The notes under the pieces are model-generated. The model worked only from the letters and a program-made list of their open reading frames with translations. It searched no databases and was not told where the DNA came from. A stretch of 64,000 nucleotides of DNA, taken from a virus. The translations under genes and the position numbers were made by a program. Of the stretch, positions 48,939 to 58,011 are shown piece after piece. Within the stretch, counting starts at the first letter, position 1; each line of letters opens with the position of its first letter. The stretch lies in the IMG/VR virus record IMGVR_UViG_3300025620_000004, positions 8,865 to 72,864 of that record, one strand, 5' to 3'.

Positions 48939-48957
48939 TAGTGTGTACTAAGAAGGA

Positions 48958-49683
48958 TTAAGCTGAAGCTTTTTCTTTCTTAGAAGCGCCATCATAGTCA
49001 GCGGCTGAAAGGCCACGACGAGTGAGCATAGTCTTAACGCCACGGGCGGTCTTACCAATTTGCTCTGCGATAGCTTCGACAGTCTGGCTACCAATGTCAG
49101 CGATGTCAGCCAAAGGATCTTCTTTAGAGGAACCTTTAGTAACTTCCTGCTTAGGGATAGCGTCAATGTCGCCTGAACGAAGCAAGCTAAGAGCTTTACC
49201 ACGAACAGAGTTTACTGAACGATCAAGAGCGTCAGCGATAGCTTCTACGAAAGCGCCATCGTTAACCATCTGAACGAAAGTAGCTTCTTCAGCTTCAGAG
49301 TACGTGCGTACAGCTTCAACTTTAGGAGCAGGCTTAACGTGTCCAGTTAATTCCATAGACAAAATCTTGCCTTGGATTGACTTAGCTGAGAAAGCGCCAT
49401 CTTCAAAGTGAGAAGCGATTTCAGCATAAGTGTAAGTGCCGCTGTTGTCAGAAACAAAAGCTGCAAGGGTAGCTTCTTGTGCATCAGTAAATGCGCGTGA
49501 AGCATTGGCAGAAGCCAACTCTACGTCGTAGCCCATCTTGCGCAATTTGCTAGAGATAGAACGTGTAGAGGTTTCAAGCTGGTCTGCTGCTTCTGCAACA
49601 GTAGCTTGGGATACGGGGCTTTCGCCACCGACAAAATCAGTGAGAGCAGTAGTACGCTCGTCAGTCCACTTAGGTAGTGCCAT
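48958..49683 (-). CDS. D5: T5 D5-like DNA-binding protein
   Basis: RSISSKLRK.G, YTYAEIA, QGKILSME, RGKALSLLR, RGVKTML.RRGL...DYDG. Confidence 0.88.
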   Translation of the reverse strand: MALPKWTDERTTALTDFVGGESPVSQATVAEAADQLETSTRSISSKLRKMGYDVELASANASRAFTDAQEATLAAFVSDNSGTYTYAEIASHFEDGAFSAKSIQGKILSMELTGHVKPAPKVEAVRTYSEAEEATFVQMVNDGAFVEAIADALDRSVNSVRGKALSLLRSGDIDAIPKQEVTKGSSKEDPLADIADIGSQTVEAIAEQIGKTARGVKTMLTRRGLSAADYDGASKKEKASA

Positions 49684-49687
49684 GATA

Positions 49688-50437
49688 TTATTCTCCAATA
49701 AAATCTAAAAGGTTAGTTATGATTTGAACGCCAGCATCTCTGGCCTTCTTAGTTTTAGCAGATTCAATTCCGCTTTCGTTTACCAGGATAGTGACATCCC
49801 TAGTCAAGCTTGTCTTGACTGCATAACCAAGCTCTTGTAGTTTGTTATGAGCCTCGGCTTTCGTTTTGTAACTATTCAGTTTACCACTGATACAAATCGT
49901 GCCGTGGGTTATGTTTGTTGTTTGATTCTTTTCAAACTTAAAGCTAAAAGGTAGTAATGATACTTGGTAATACTCATTCTCAAGCCATTCGCACAAATTA
50001 GCAGTTGACTTCTCACCCAGTCCAGCCTGTCGGCACATATCGTAGTCTATATCTTCGATGTCTTCGCAGACTTTGGATAGCTTTTCCGATGCTGATTTAC
50101 CAATGAGAGGTATACTAAATGCAGGTAGCAACACGTTAAGTGGAGCACCGCGAGAGCGTTGCAACTCATCTACTAACTTTACAGCAAGTCTCTCTGAGCC
50201 TAGTGACTCGGCAATATCTTCTACGCTTCTATCATAAAGTTCCTCTAGGGAGACAATATCTAGTTTAGCAATAGTAGCAGGGCCGAGACCTTTGATCTTC
50301 AGAGTCTTTGCAAAGTGTTCGATGAGTTTTGCAACTTTCTCACCACATTGTGGATTTCTACAATACAGAAGATGATTCACACTTTCTAACACCGAACTAC
50401 AACTAGGGCAGTTTGTTGGGGCTTCGATAATGGTCAT
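49688..50437 (-). CDS. NAD-dependent DNA ligase subunit B (Zn finger, HhH, BRCT)
   Basis: CPSC...C.NP.C, IKGLG, IPLIG, C-terminal BRCT with K..KA...GV. Confidence 0.9.
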   Translation of the reverse strand: MTIIEAPTNCPSCSSVLESVNHLLYCRNPQCGEKVAKLIEHFAKTLKIKGLGPATIAKLDIVSLEELYDRSVEDIAESLGSERLAVKLVDELQRSRGAPLNVLLPAFSIPLIGKSASEKLSKVCEDIEDIDYDMCRQAGLGEKSTANLCEWLENEYYQVSLLPFSFKFEKNQTTNITHGTICISGKLNSYKTKAEAHNKLQELGYAVKTSLTRDVTILVNESGIESAKTKKARDAGVQIITNLLDFIGE

Positions 50438-50463
50438 CGTGATTCCTCTGAAATTGAAATAGT

Positions 50464-50492
50464 ATTATACGGACTTTTAAGGTTTCTGTCAA
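50464..50492 (-). promoter_or_regulatory. Sigma70-type promoter
   Basis: aaaaataattcTTGACA-17bp-TATAAT. Confidence 0.85.
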
Positions 50493-50516
50493 GAATTATT
50501 TTTTTGCAGGTAGCAA

Positions 50517-51437
50517 TCAATCTAATCTCCTGACAATCCGAGGTATGATCTCGCCAGAGCGGATAACCTCTACCTTACAACCTATCTCAAGATCAAGGTC
50601 GCGTATGTACTCAATATTGTGCAGAGTTGCTCTCGATACCGTAGCATCTCCCACGACCACAGGGTCGAGAATAGCCACTGGACTTACAACTCCGCTCTTA
50701 CCCAACTGCCATACTACATCCAACAGCGTGGTCTCCACTCCAGACACCTGCTCTTTCAGAGCAAAAGCACCTCGTGGGTGTTTAGCGGTGTAACCTAACG
50801 CATCGAACTTTGCATTTGACTTGAGACGATATACTTTGCCATCCTGAGGATAGGCATCTGCTTTAAAGCGAGTAACCACATTTAGACCCATCTTATGCAA
50901 TAGCTCAAGAGCACAAGCATAATTAGAAGTCCAACTTGGTGTAACATCGTATGCTACAAATACTAAGGGACGAGTTTTAAACTCTTCTAAATCATTAAGA
51001 CCTAGCGACCCCGAAGCAAAATTACGAGAATTAGGTACACTACTTGGAGCAACAACTTCGCCAGTAATCTGCATGAGTCCAGTATCATTGCACTCATTAG
51101 GAACTAACTGACGCATCTTATCTGTAATATCACGACCCTGAATGCCGTCTCCACGAGTGAGAGCGAGTTCAAGGTTGCCGTCAACATATAGAAGAGATAC
51201 TGCCGCACCATCTAACTTAGGGGTAACAATACATTCATCAATAGGCAGAGGAGCATCGTTGATGTCAAAGCACTTCTGAAGAGAGTACATCTGGTACGCG
51301 TGCTTTACGGCATCTGTAACAGTGTAACCCACTTTAGTATAGTTGTGCTTAGCTGCTAGAAGATCGAACTCCGCATCAGAGATAGCGGGAGTACCTTCAT
51401 AGTACAACTGACTCATTCTGTCTAAAAAGCTCTGCAT
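50517..51437 (-). CDS. NAD-dependent DNA ligase subunit A (adenylation + OB)
   Basis: ISDAEFD, PKLDG, TRGDG..G, RATLHN, RSGEIIP. Confidence 0.92.
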   Translation of the reverse strand: MQSFLDRMSQLYYEGTPAISDAEFDLLAAKHNYTKVGYTVTDAVKHAYQMYSLQKCFDINDAPLPIDECIVTPKLDGAAVSLLYVDGNLELALTRGDGIQGRDITDKMRQLVPNECNDTGLMQITGEVVAPSSVPNSRNFASGSLGLNDLEEFKTRPLVFVAYDVTPSWTSNYACALELLHKMGLNVVTRFKADAYPQDGKVYRLKSNAKFDALGYTAKHPRGAFALKEQVSGVETTLLDVVWQLGKSGVVSPVAILDPVVVGDATVSRATLHNIEYIRDLDLEIGCKVEVIRSGEIIPRIVRRLD

Positions 51438-51462
51438 GGTATTCTCCTAAATAAGAAAGTAT

Positions 51463-51491
51463 ATTATACGGAACTTCAGCAAGATTGTCAA
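51463..51491 (-). promoter_or_regulatory. Sigma70-type promoter
   Basis: TTGACA-17bp-TATAAT. Confidence 0.85.
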
Positions 51492-51494
51492 GAA

Positions 51495-51794
51495 CTATTT
51501 ATACATATCCTGAATTAGATCTGAAAAGTGTTCTTCGATCAAACTTTTTGATTCTGCAAGAGATAGTATCTCTACTAACCCTGCGAACATCTCTCTTGAG
51601 TTGGAGAGATCTAAAGGCATTGCAACTCCTTCTGGGGTAGGTTTCCACTCCTCGTCAAAGTCCATATAGTATTTACGCAAGTGCATATACTCTACGTCTC
51701 TGAACGTATTTATGGTAAGTCTTATCTGTACTTCTTTTACTTTATCATAGTGTATAACACGAGAGTATGCTTCAGGAGCTTGGTGTAAGTCCAT
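51495..51794 (-). CDS. PC4-like ssDNA-binding protein
   Basis: FR..EY..LRKYY....EEWKPT.EGV. Confidence 0.75.
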   Translation of the reverse strand: MDLHQAPEAYSRVIHYDKVKEVQIRLTINTFRDVEYMHLRKYYMDFDEEWKPTPEGVAMPLDLSNSREMFAGLVEILSLAESKSLIEEHFSDLIQDMYK

Positions 51795-52066
51795 TATCGC
51801 CTACCTTCATTCTTGAGAATGGAGGACAGCGGGACTACACTAGACACATTCGCAGGTCTGAGTAATCGGTATGAGTCAGTATCCCAACAGAAGAAAAGAA
51901 GAGTGTCGTCAGTTTCCTTGGCTCTATTCTTCTTTTTCTGGATATAGGGAGTTGTGAAGTCTAATGTACAAACATTGTACTTTAGCTTTTTGGAGTGTTC
52001 GCTACGATAAGTAATAACGGCATCCCCATAGTCGTGCACTAATCGTGCCAGTTCTTGCTTTTTCAC
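51794..52066 (-). CDS. Conserved T5-like hypothetical protein
   Basis: FCWDTDSYRL motif; GTG start with AAGGAG RBS. Confidence 0.65.
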   Translation of the reverse strand: MKKQELARLVHDYGDAVITYRSEHSKKLKYNVCTLDFTTPYIQKKKNRAKETDDTLLFFCWDTDSYRLLRPANVSSVVPLSSILKNEGRR

Positions 52067-52138
52067 TTTAGCTCCTTGGTAGTAATTCAGCAATCTTTAT
52101 TGTGAATCTACTTACTGCGAGGTGCTTTTGTTAGGTAC

Positions 52139-52169
52139 AAGAAAACCCCGCTAGACGAATCTAGCAGGG
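52139..52169 (-). terminator. Terminator after D3
   Basis: CCCTGCTAGA-TTCG-TCTAGCGGGG then TTTTCTT. Confidence 0.8.
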
Positions 52170-52177
52170 TATCGGAC

Positions 52178-52621
52178 TTATGCTTCGTTAATAGCTACTA
52201 AAATCGAAGTAAAGTACTGAGATGCTTTACCAGTAAGTTTGGCAATAATCTCTTCATCTACAGGCTGTCCGGCATCGCTAAGAGCTGCAATGAGCGCCTC
52301 AGCTGCTGCTGCTTTAGATACTCGCGTACCTCCACCTGTAGCTCCACCGCTAGCTTTAGCGGCAGGGGTTTTCTTAACATAAACGCCAGCTTTTGTTAAG
52401 ATCATACGAACACCATTAGGTGACTCGTCTAATTCTTCTGCAATGTCTTTTACGATCTCCATGCTGGTTTCTGGAGTTGGTTCTGCTTCTTCATACAGGC
52501 TTACTGCCTGTGCTTTTTTGTCGTCGTCCCAAGCCACTTTTCGTGTCCTCTTGTTAGGGTTTTTGTTTCCTGGGCAATCGCCCAGAGCTTGTAGTTGTTG
52601 AGTATAGAATCGGTCGCCCAA
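52178..52621 (-). CDS. D3: T5 D3-like protein
   Basis: SMEIV..IA.E....PNG.RM.LTKAG.Y.KK...R.SKA.A...II.KLTGKA; alternative GTG start at 52537. Confidence 0.85.
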   Translation of the reverse strand: MGDRFYTQQLQALGDCPGNKNPNKRTRKVAWDDDKKAQAVSLYEEAEPTPETSMEIVKDIAEELDESPNGVRMILTKAGVYVKKTPAAKASGGATGGGTRVSKAAAAEALIAALSDAGQPVDEEIIAKLTGKASQYFTSILVAINEA

Positions 52622-52647
52622 TGGTATTCTCCTAAATTTGAAATGAT

Positions 52648-52677
52648 ATTATACGCGGATTTTAACCATCTTGTCAA
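52648..52677 (-). promoter_or_regulatory. Sigma70-type promoter
   Basis: aaaaataattcTTGACA-18bp-TATAAT. Confidence 0.8.
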
Positions 52678-52680
52678 GAA

Positions 52681-53061
52681 TTATTTTTTCTTATCTCTTA
52701 CATTTTGTACGGCACTTTTTATTGCGTCTTCTGCTAATACTGAGCAGTGTATCTTTACGGGTGGCAAGGCTAACTCTTCTGCTATCTGAGTATTCTTGAG
52801 CAACTCTGCCTCGCCTAAAGTCTTTCCTTTTACCCATTCGGTGAGTAGAGACGAAGAAGCTATAGCCGACCCACATCCATAAGTTTTAAACTTTGCATTT
52901 ACTATAACATCATTCTCGTCTACCTGTATCTGTAGACGCATAACATCTCCACAGGCAGGAGCTCCTACCATTCCTGTACCTACTAAAGGATTACTATCAT
53001 CTAGTATTCCTACGTTTCTAGGGTTTTCGTAGTGGTCTATTACTTTTTCACTATATGCCAT
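52681..53061 (-). CDS. iscU: Fe-S cluster scaffold IscU
   Basis: YSEKVIDHYENPRNVG, GAPACGDVM, FKTYGCGSAIASSS, LPPVKIHCS. Confidence 0.95.
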   Translation of the reverse strand: MAYSEKVIDHYENPRNVGILDDSNPLVGTGMVGAPACGDVMRLQIQVDENDVIVNAKFKTYGCGSAIASSSLLTEWVKGKTLGEAELLKNTQIAEELALPPVKIHCSVLAEDAIKSAVQNVRDKKK

Positions 53062-53062
53062 A

Positions 53063-53779
53063 TTATAATCTCTCTAGGTTTACTCCGTACTTTTGTAGAT
53101 GCTCTAGCTTACACAACTCGTAAGCAGGTGCATACGCAGAGAAACCGCCTTGTGTCACATTCGAAAAGAAGTTATCATCGTCTTGTACTTTTTGTCGAAC
53201 ATACACTGAGTATGCAGGACAGCCATATTTCTTTTCATAATCAACCATAGCCATACCTTTTTTAGTAGCAAGGTACTCAGCTGTTAGTCTATGTTTTACT
53301 TCTACTGCCGCATGATAAGTGGCAGACCATGCAATCTCACCCTCTGCAAAGTCGTCAGACATACACTCGTCAGGGTAGTAGTGTGCAGTTAGTCTTTCGT
53401 CTTTTCCTGCGGGTCTTTGCGGGACTCCAACTCTTTCAAGAAGAGATCGTACAAAGGAAGCACTTCTGAAGAGGAGCTTTGAGATATCTGTGATAGTATC
53501 TCCTCCGAGGTAGTTTTCGCACGCAAGAGCGATCTCTGCATCACTCGCAGGACGGCCTCGCAGACCTTGTTTACGCTTTTTAACATACGCTTTCGTCTCC
53601 TCATAATCCTCGATAATCTTAGTTAGCCTAGTTGTATTATAGGCTATGTTAAGAATATCACACGCTTCCTTCTTTGTTATAGGTTTTTCCGAAGAACTGG
53701 GGTTTAGCAGCATAATAACTTTCTGGATGTTTGCTGCTGACAGGTTCTCGTAACTTTTCTTCTTTACTCTCTTCGCCAT
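53063..53779 (-). CDS. D2: T5 D2-like protein
   Basis: TKKEAC..L, K...RG, YL.GD...I....RS...V...LER.G, YEL....HL.K.GV. Confidence 0.8.
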   Translation of the reverse strand: MAKRVKKKSYENLSAANIQKVIMLLNPSSSEKPITKKEACDILNIAYNTTRLTKIIEDYEETKAYVKKRKQGLRGRPASDAEIALACENYLGGDTITDISKLLFRSASFVRSLLERVGVPQRPAGKDERLTAHYYPDECMSDDFAEGEIAWSATYHAAVEVKHRLTAEYLATKKGMAMVDYEKKYGCPAYSVYVRQKVQDDDNFFSNVTQGGFSAYAPAYELCKLEHLQKYGVNLERL

Positions 53780-54083
53780 TCTCTAACTCCAATTCTAGTT
53801 TAAACATCAAGCAGCAAATAGCGTGTGCTAGATGTGATAAATTTGTTTCTGGATCTTGTAGTTCTCCGTCCAGATGGGAGAATATGTGCCGTAGTGCACC
53901 GCCGCTGTATCTATTCTGTGCATCTTCTAGTTTACGCCAGTTTTCTTCATCGTACTTGGCCGCACCAAAAGTCAGTACTTTTGCTACTTCTACTGTAGCT
54001 TTGGGAGGCAGGAGATACATCTTCGGCTTTTCACTATCAAACTTTCTGCCTACCATACCTTTCAAGTCCTTGATATCAGTCAT
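53658..54083 (-). CDS. dATP/dGTP diphosphohydrolase-like (DUF5664) protein
   Basis: GRKFD..KP...LLP...V..VLTFGA.KY...NW....RY..ALRH....GE..DPET.L.HLAHA. Confidence 0.8.
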   Translation of the reverse strand: MTDIKDLKGMVGRKFDSEKPKMYLLPPKATVEVAKVLTFGAAKYDEENWRKLEDAQNRYSGGALRHIFSHLDGELQDPETNLSHLAHAICCLMFKLELELENGEESKEEKLREPVSSKHPESYYAAKPQFFGKTYNKEGSV

Positions 54084-54723
54084 GTACAAAGTCCTTAATC
54101 AGAGGAAACATTGGATTAATCTCATAAGCACAGGCTCGTGCAATATCCATATGCTCTTTCTGAGTACCAGGAGTTGTACGCACATCAATGAAGTGAATCC
54201 ACGATCGTACTGTTCCGTGCATATACAAACGAGTCTTTGTCAGACCTTCGGGAAGTACAGTTCTTGCCTGCTCTTTTGCAATACCATGTTCGATTGCCCA
54301 CTTATAAACATTAGACGCAGTATCAATAACTCGTTTCTGTTGAGCAATCCAATGCTGCTGTAGTAATGCATCATCAGTTTCAATACTGTTCTGACGATTC
54401 TTTGTATCCTGTAGACGAGTTTCTCGTAGTTCATATGGCCACCCTTCTAATGCCGCAGGGTCGGCATAGCGTTGGCTAAACTCCTGAAAAGCAAAACTAC
54501 GATGGCGTACTATCTGGTGAGCGATGTCACGAGTAGTGTTGATCTCCATAGTAATACCACACATCTCAAAAGGAGACCAGTGTTTATGCTTGATTAGATA
54601 CTCTACTAGCTTACGAGAAGTAAGTTCATTACTCTGATTAGCTGGGTTAGACACTCTAGCCATGTATGCAATATCTGCAATTAAATCAGGCGAAGATGTC
54701 GATATAAGTTTTACGTTGCTCAT
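54076..54723 (-). CDS. thyX: Flavin-dependent thymidylate synthase
   Basis: HWSPFE, RHRSFAFQEFSQRY, EQAR.VLP, TQKEH. Confidence 0.95.
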   Translation of the reverse strand: MSNVKLISTSSPDLIADIAYMARVSNPANQSNELTSRKLVEYLIKHKHWSPFEMCGITMEINTTRDIAHQIVRHRSFAFQEFSQRYADPAALEGWPYELRETRLQDTKNRQNSIETDDALLQQHWIAQQKRVIDTASNVYKWAIEHGIAKEQARTVLPEGLTKTRLYMHGTVRSWIHFIDVRTTPGTQKEHMDIARACAYEINPMFPLIKDFVHD

Positions 54724-55319
54724 TTGGCGGTGATCCTTTTGTCGTAGTCTGCATAGTCCTCATTCCACCAGTCAGGTTTCGCTCTATGCGACCAGGTGGC
54801 GAAGGTGGCTTTATCCAGATGGTAGTAGTCCCTGTAAGATTGTATAGGGTTGTCATAGTCTTTAAGTTCATCAGGCATTGCTAGTCCGAATTGTGTGAAT
54901 CCTCGTCGTGGTAGATTCCGTGGCTCTGGTAGCTTGTTAACCACTTCCACAATCGACTTGTGTTGTTTCGCATAGCGGTAGTGATATTCATCATTAAGAG
55001 CGTTACCATAACAGTGTGTCCATTCAAAATTGTCTAGAGATGAGCGTACCCAAATAGTGCAAGGGTGGTTGTACATCATCGGTAGATACGGGGTTAGGGG
55101 TCGTTCTTCCATTGGAAGATGTTTAATGTCTTTCTTGAGAGCATTGAGATGATCACGCTCTTCTTTGTTGAGAGCACGAGGTACAAAACCTAGATGCTCG
55201 TCAACCCAGATGGCAGTACACATTAGCTGTGCTACTTCTAGGGGCATCTTTACAATATGTTTGTCTACGTGATACTCTGCACACTTGTCGAGGTCATCGT
55301 CAAGATAAAATAAATTCAT
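54720..55319 (-). CDS. Pyrimidine-dimer glycosylase (DenV)-like protein
   Basis: MNLFYLD...A.YH.DKH.VKM.LE.AQL, NHPC..W, EY..RY.K.H. Confidence 0.7.
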   Translation of the reverse strand: MNLFYLDDDLDKCAEYHVDKHIVKMPLEVAQLMCTAIWVDEHLGFVPRALNKEERDHLNALKKDIKHLPMEERPLTPYLPMMYNHPCTIWVRSSLDNFEWTHCYGNALNDEYHYRYAKQHKSIVEVVNKLPEPRNLPRRGFTQFGLAMPDELKDYDNPIQSYRDYYHLDKATFATWSHRAKPDWWNEDYADYDKRITAK

Positions 55320-55345
55320 GGTACTCTCCGTAAAATAGAAATGAT

Positions 55346-55374
55346 ATTATACTAGATTTGGGAAAGGCTGTCAA
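55346..55374 (-). promoter_or_regulatory. Sigma70-type promoter
   Basis: aataattcTTGACA-17bp-TATAAT. Confidence 0.85.
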
Positions 55375-55377
55375 GAA

Positions 55378-56115
55378 TTATTCTTCAGGTACTTTAGCTC
55401 TACCAGGTGTAAACTTAACTAGAGCGTTTGTTCGAAGAGTGTACTCAGGGTTTGGGTTGAGAGCGGGGCCTTTCCAATATGTACCTTGTTTTTTCAGTAT
55501 GTCTCTATAGAGTGCTACCTCTGCTCTGGAATCATGGGCTAGGCTGCCTTGTTGTACGCTGTAGTCTTCGGGGATAACCTCTGGACGTAGCATTGGTAAG
55601 TGCCAGCTTCCTGTAAACTGTTCAGAATCAGAGATAGAAGCGTGGAAGTTTGTAACTGTTGTGAAGGCATCAAAGTTTATGAAGGTCATACTATTCCAAG
55701 TATCACAAACATTTGCAAACCAATGGGCTGTTATCGCACCCGCAGAGAGTCTTTTACCTTCGTCAATGTTGTATTGATTTGCAATCTCTGTTATTGTTTC
55801 CTCGGAATACATACTACAATGCTCTACAGGAGGTCTTCCAAATGCTGGGTTATAAAGGCTCTCATTAAAAAGTATCTTTGTTACTTTCAATACGTCTTTA
55901 AATGTTTTCATTCGCAACTGCCCTGTTACCCAGATATGAGTGTTTGTACCTATACGATCAAATATTACTGGCTCCGGCAATCCTTTACCGAAACGAACTG
56001 TAATGTCAAACCCATCAATATAGTCACCATACGCATACTCTAAAGCATCTAAGCTATTTCCTACGAGAATAATATCTTTTCCTCGTACATAATCCTTCAT
56101 ATCATCTAAGGTCAT
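55378..56115 (-). CDS. GT29 (sialyltransferase)-like glycosyltransferase
   Basis: Sialylmotif-L-like ILVGNS......G..ID.FD..VRF.......G..T; S-like LSAG..; VS-like HD...E. Confidence 0.65.
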   Translation of the reverse strand: MTLDDMKDYVRGKDIILVGNSLDALEYAYGDYIDGFDITVRFGKGLPEPVIFDRIGTNTHIWVTGQLRMKTFKDVLKVTKILFNESLYNPAFGRPPVEHCSMYSEETITEIANQYNIDEGKRLSAGAITAHWFANVCDTWNSMTFINFDAFTTVTNFHASISDSEQFTGSWHLPMLRPEVIPEDYSVQQGSLAHDSRAEVALYRDILKKQGTYWKGPALNPNPEYTLRTNALVKFTPGRAKVPEE

Positions 56116-56737
56116 TGTAGTCCTCCGCGAACTCGTCGTGGGCATAATCTGTGTAGATTGGTGTCCCATCTGTAAAATGTACTGCTACAGGGTCTTTCAT
56201 GAAGTTGTAGTAGCCTACTAAATAATTGTAAGACTCGTCGAGCCTACCTATCTCACTAGCCCACTCGAATCTGTGTAGCCACTGAGGTGTTTGTTTGTTT
56301 ACTGCTTCTAAAGTCAACTCTGAGCAGTCTTTGTGGTCGCAGTTGAATACCATCATAGAACTCCACCACTTTCGAGGATACCACTCATTCTTATGTGAAA
56401 GAAACTTATGATCCTCGCGTACTTGTTTTATTAGGTGTTTAACTACTGTTACAGGAGCATCTCCTATCAGTGTATTTAGTACGGCAGGATCTTTACGCCA
56501 TACGAAATCACTATCACAGAACATGGCTTTGCCCTTATAACCACATAGGTAAGGTACTAGAAAACGAGTATAGGTAAATTCAGTAGACCCATCTTCCTTC
56601 TTTCTCTTGTATCCGTGATCTCTTTGAAGATCCCTCTTATCGAGTAACGTGACTTTGTGTCCGAATCTCTCAATAGACCGGACACAAACGGCTGTGTTCT
56701 CTGGCTGGGTAGAATCATGTCCTACAAATATTCTCAC
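56102..56737 (-). CDS. GT-A glycosyltransferase (GT8/CDI-like)
   Basis: IFVG.D, STEFTYTRFLVPYL, FCDSDF (DxD), YPRK.WSSMM.FN, HFT.G.P. Confidence 0.85.
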   Translation of the reverse strand: MRIFVGHDSTQPENTAVCVRSIERFGHKVTLLDKRDLQRDHGYKRKKEDGSTEFTYTRFLVPYLCGYKGKAMFCDSDFVWRKDPAVLNTLIGDAPVTVVKHLIKQVREDHKFLSHKNEWYPRKWWSSMMVFNCDHKDCSELTLEAVNKQTPQWLHRFEWASEIGRLDESYNYLVGYYNFMKDPVAVHFTDGTPIYTDYAHDEFAEDYNDLR

Positions 56738-56856
56738 TCTTCATCCTTGTATGTATGTAGCTCGCCCTTCTTCTTTGCTTCTCGTTTTCTATCTTTGAAT
56801 ACTTTAGCTTTATTGTACTTTCGCTGGAACTTCGCTACTGGATTTTTCTTTTTCAT
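56734..56856 (-). CDS. Small basic protein (40 aa, not in ORF track)
   Basis: Hand translation MKKKNPVAKFQRKYNKAKVFKDRKREAKKKGELHTYKDEE; stop overlaps next GTG. Confidence 0.6.
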   Translation of the reverse strand: MKKKNPVAKFQRKYNKAKVFKDRKREAKKKGELHTYKDEE

Positions 56857-57232
56857 TAGTAGTAACCTCTCTGTAATATACAATTACTTCGCCCAATTGG
56901 CTGATGTATCTTTTAATTTCTTGTGTATTATAAGCCATTAACTCATAATCTGCAACTGTCATTGCGACAAACACGAGATCTCCCCCATGTTTCTTTTTAA
57001 TATCTTCTTCGAACTTATCCATGTAGGTACGCTCTTCTTTCGGTATCTTTCGATCCGAAACTACATACCACTTGGGTTCTTTAAGGTTTAAAGGTCGAGG
57101 CATAGTAGGCTGTACAATATCTATCTGTACTGGCTTACTTATAACTTCCACCTGTCTTGGAGGTTGCTGTAGTAAACTACAACCACTAAGGGTTAGGATT
57201 GCTAATGCGATTACTGACTTCTTCAATTGCAT
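56810..57232 (-). CDS. o-spanin (lipoprotein)
   Basis: Lipobox LSGC after a hydrophobic signal; GGAGG RBS before ATG 57232; overlaps i-spanin. Confidence 0.75.
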   Translation of the reverse strand: MQLKKSVIALAILTLSGCSLLQQPPRQVEVISKPVQIDIVQPTMPRPLNLKEPKWYVVSDRKIPKEERTYMDKFEEDIKKKHGGDLVFVAMTVADYELMAYNTQEIKRYISQLGEVIVYYREVTTNEKEKSSSEVPAKVQ

Positions 57233-57578
57233 CGAATACCTCCTTTGTTCTCTGGTTTGCTTGAGTTTGTATCTGTCCTGGTCTTGCACTGGCTATCTTC
57301 GCAAGGTTGTGTCTACGAAAAATATCTAGGTATTCAGACATCTCAGATTCGTACTGCTGATTCTGTTGTTGCATTACAGCGTTTGCTGCTGCTGTCTTCT
57401 CTGCATTCAGTGTGATTGCGGCTATTGTAGCCTTCTGCTCTTGATCCCGCAGGTCTTGGGCAATGATCACTGCTGTCTGTTCTTCTAATTTATTTTTCAT
57501 AGGCACAACAGCGAATTGGTAGTACAGAAACCCTGCACTACCCATCGCTGCTATGATTCCCATCAATAGTTTAGACAT
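57186..57578 (-). CDS. i-spanin
   Basis: N-terminal TM helix then coiled coil; between endolysin and lipoprotein. Confidence 0.75.
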   Translation of the reverse strand: MSKLLMGIIAAMGSAGFLYYQFAVVPMKNKLEEQTAVIIAQDLRDQEQKATIAAITLNAEKTAAANAVMQQQNQQYESEMSEYLDIFRRHNLAKIASARPGQIQTQANQRTKEVFDAIEEVSNRISNPNP

Positions 57579-58011
57579 TTTCCATTCTAACCATAAGTCT
57601 TTCTGCTCGATTCCCTACTTGTCTGTGCCATAGCGAATCTCTGCCTTCAACCCCTGCTGTCTTCCAGTCTCCTGCATCAACAGCTTTCTTGAAGTTTTTG
57701 AACTTACTTAGTCGGGGACGTCCAAGATTAAACATCATATTGACGAGTATCTCTTGAACTTCCCCTGGATAAGTTTCCCACATATCAAAGAGAACTTTGC
57801 ACTCTCCAATAGCAATGTCAAGGTCGGCTTGGAAGGCTTCTGTGACCCTCTCTTCGCTAACAGGTGTTCCAACGTCACATCCTTGCTCTGGATCTTTATC
57901 CGTGATTAAGTGCCCGATACCAAAGGTAGCGTAGCCTAAATGATCAAGATATATTTCGTTTACTATTCCTTCATCTACTGCTAATTGTTTCTGTACTTGT
58001 TCTCTATTCAT
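57571..58011 (-). CDS. Endolysin (T4-type lysozyme, GH24)
   Basis: DEG....Y.D.LG..T.GIGHL catalytic E-D-T pattern; M.FNLG...L..F; S.W..QV..RA. Confidence 0.9.
   Translation of the reverse strand: MNREQVQKQLAVDEGIVNEIYLDHLGYATFGIGHLITDKDPEQGCDVGTPVSEERVTEAFQADLDIAIGECKVLFDMWETYPGEVQEILVNMMFNLGRPRLSKFKNFKKAVDAGDWKTAGVEGRDSLWHRQVGNRAERLMVRMENV

Noticed and set aside
49688-51437. Split DNA ligase as a pseudogene or intron-interrupted gene
   Set aside because: A two-gene NAD ligase is normal for T5-like phages; each half has its own promoter and RBS.
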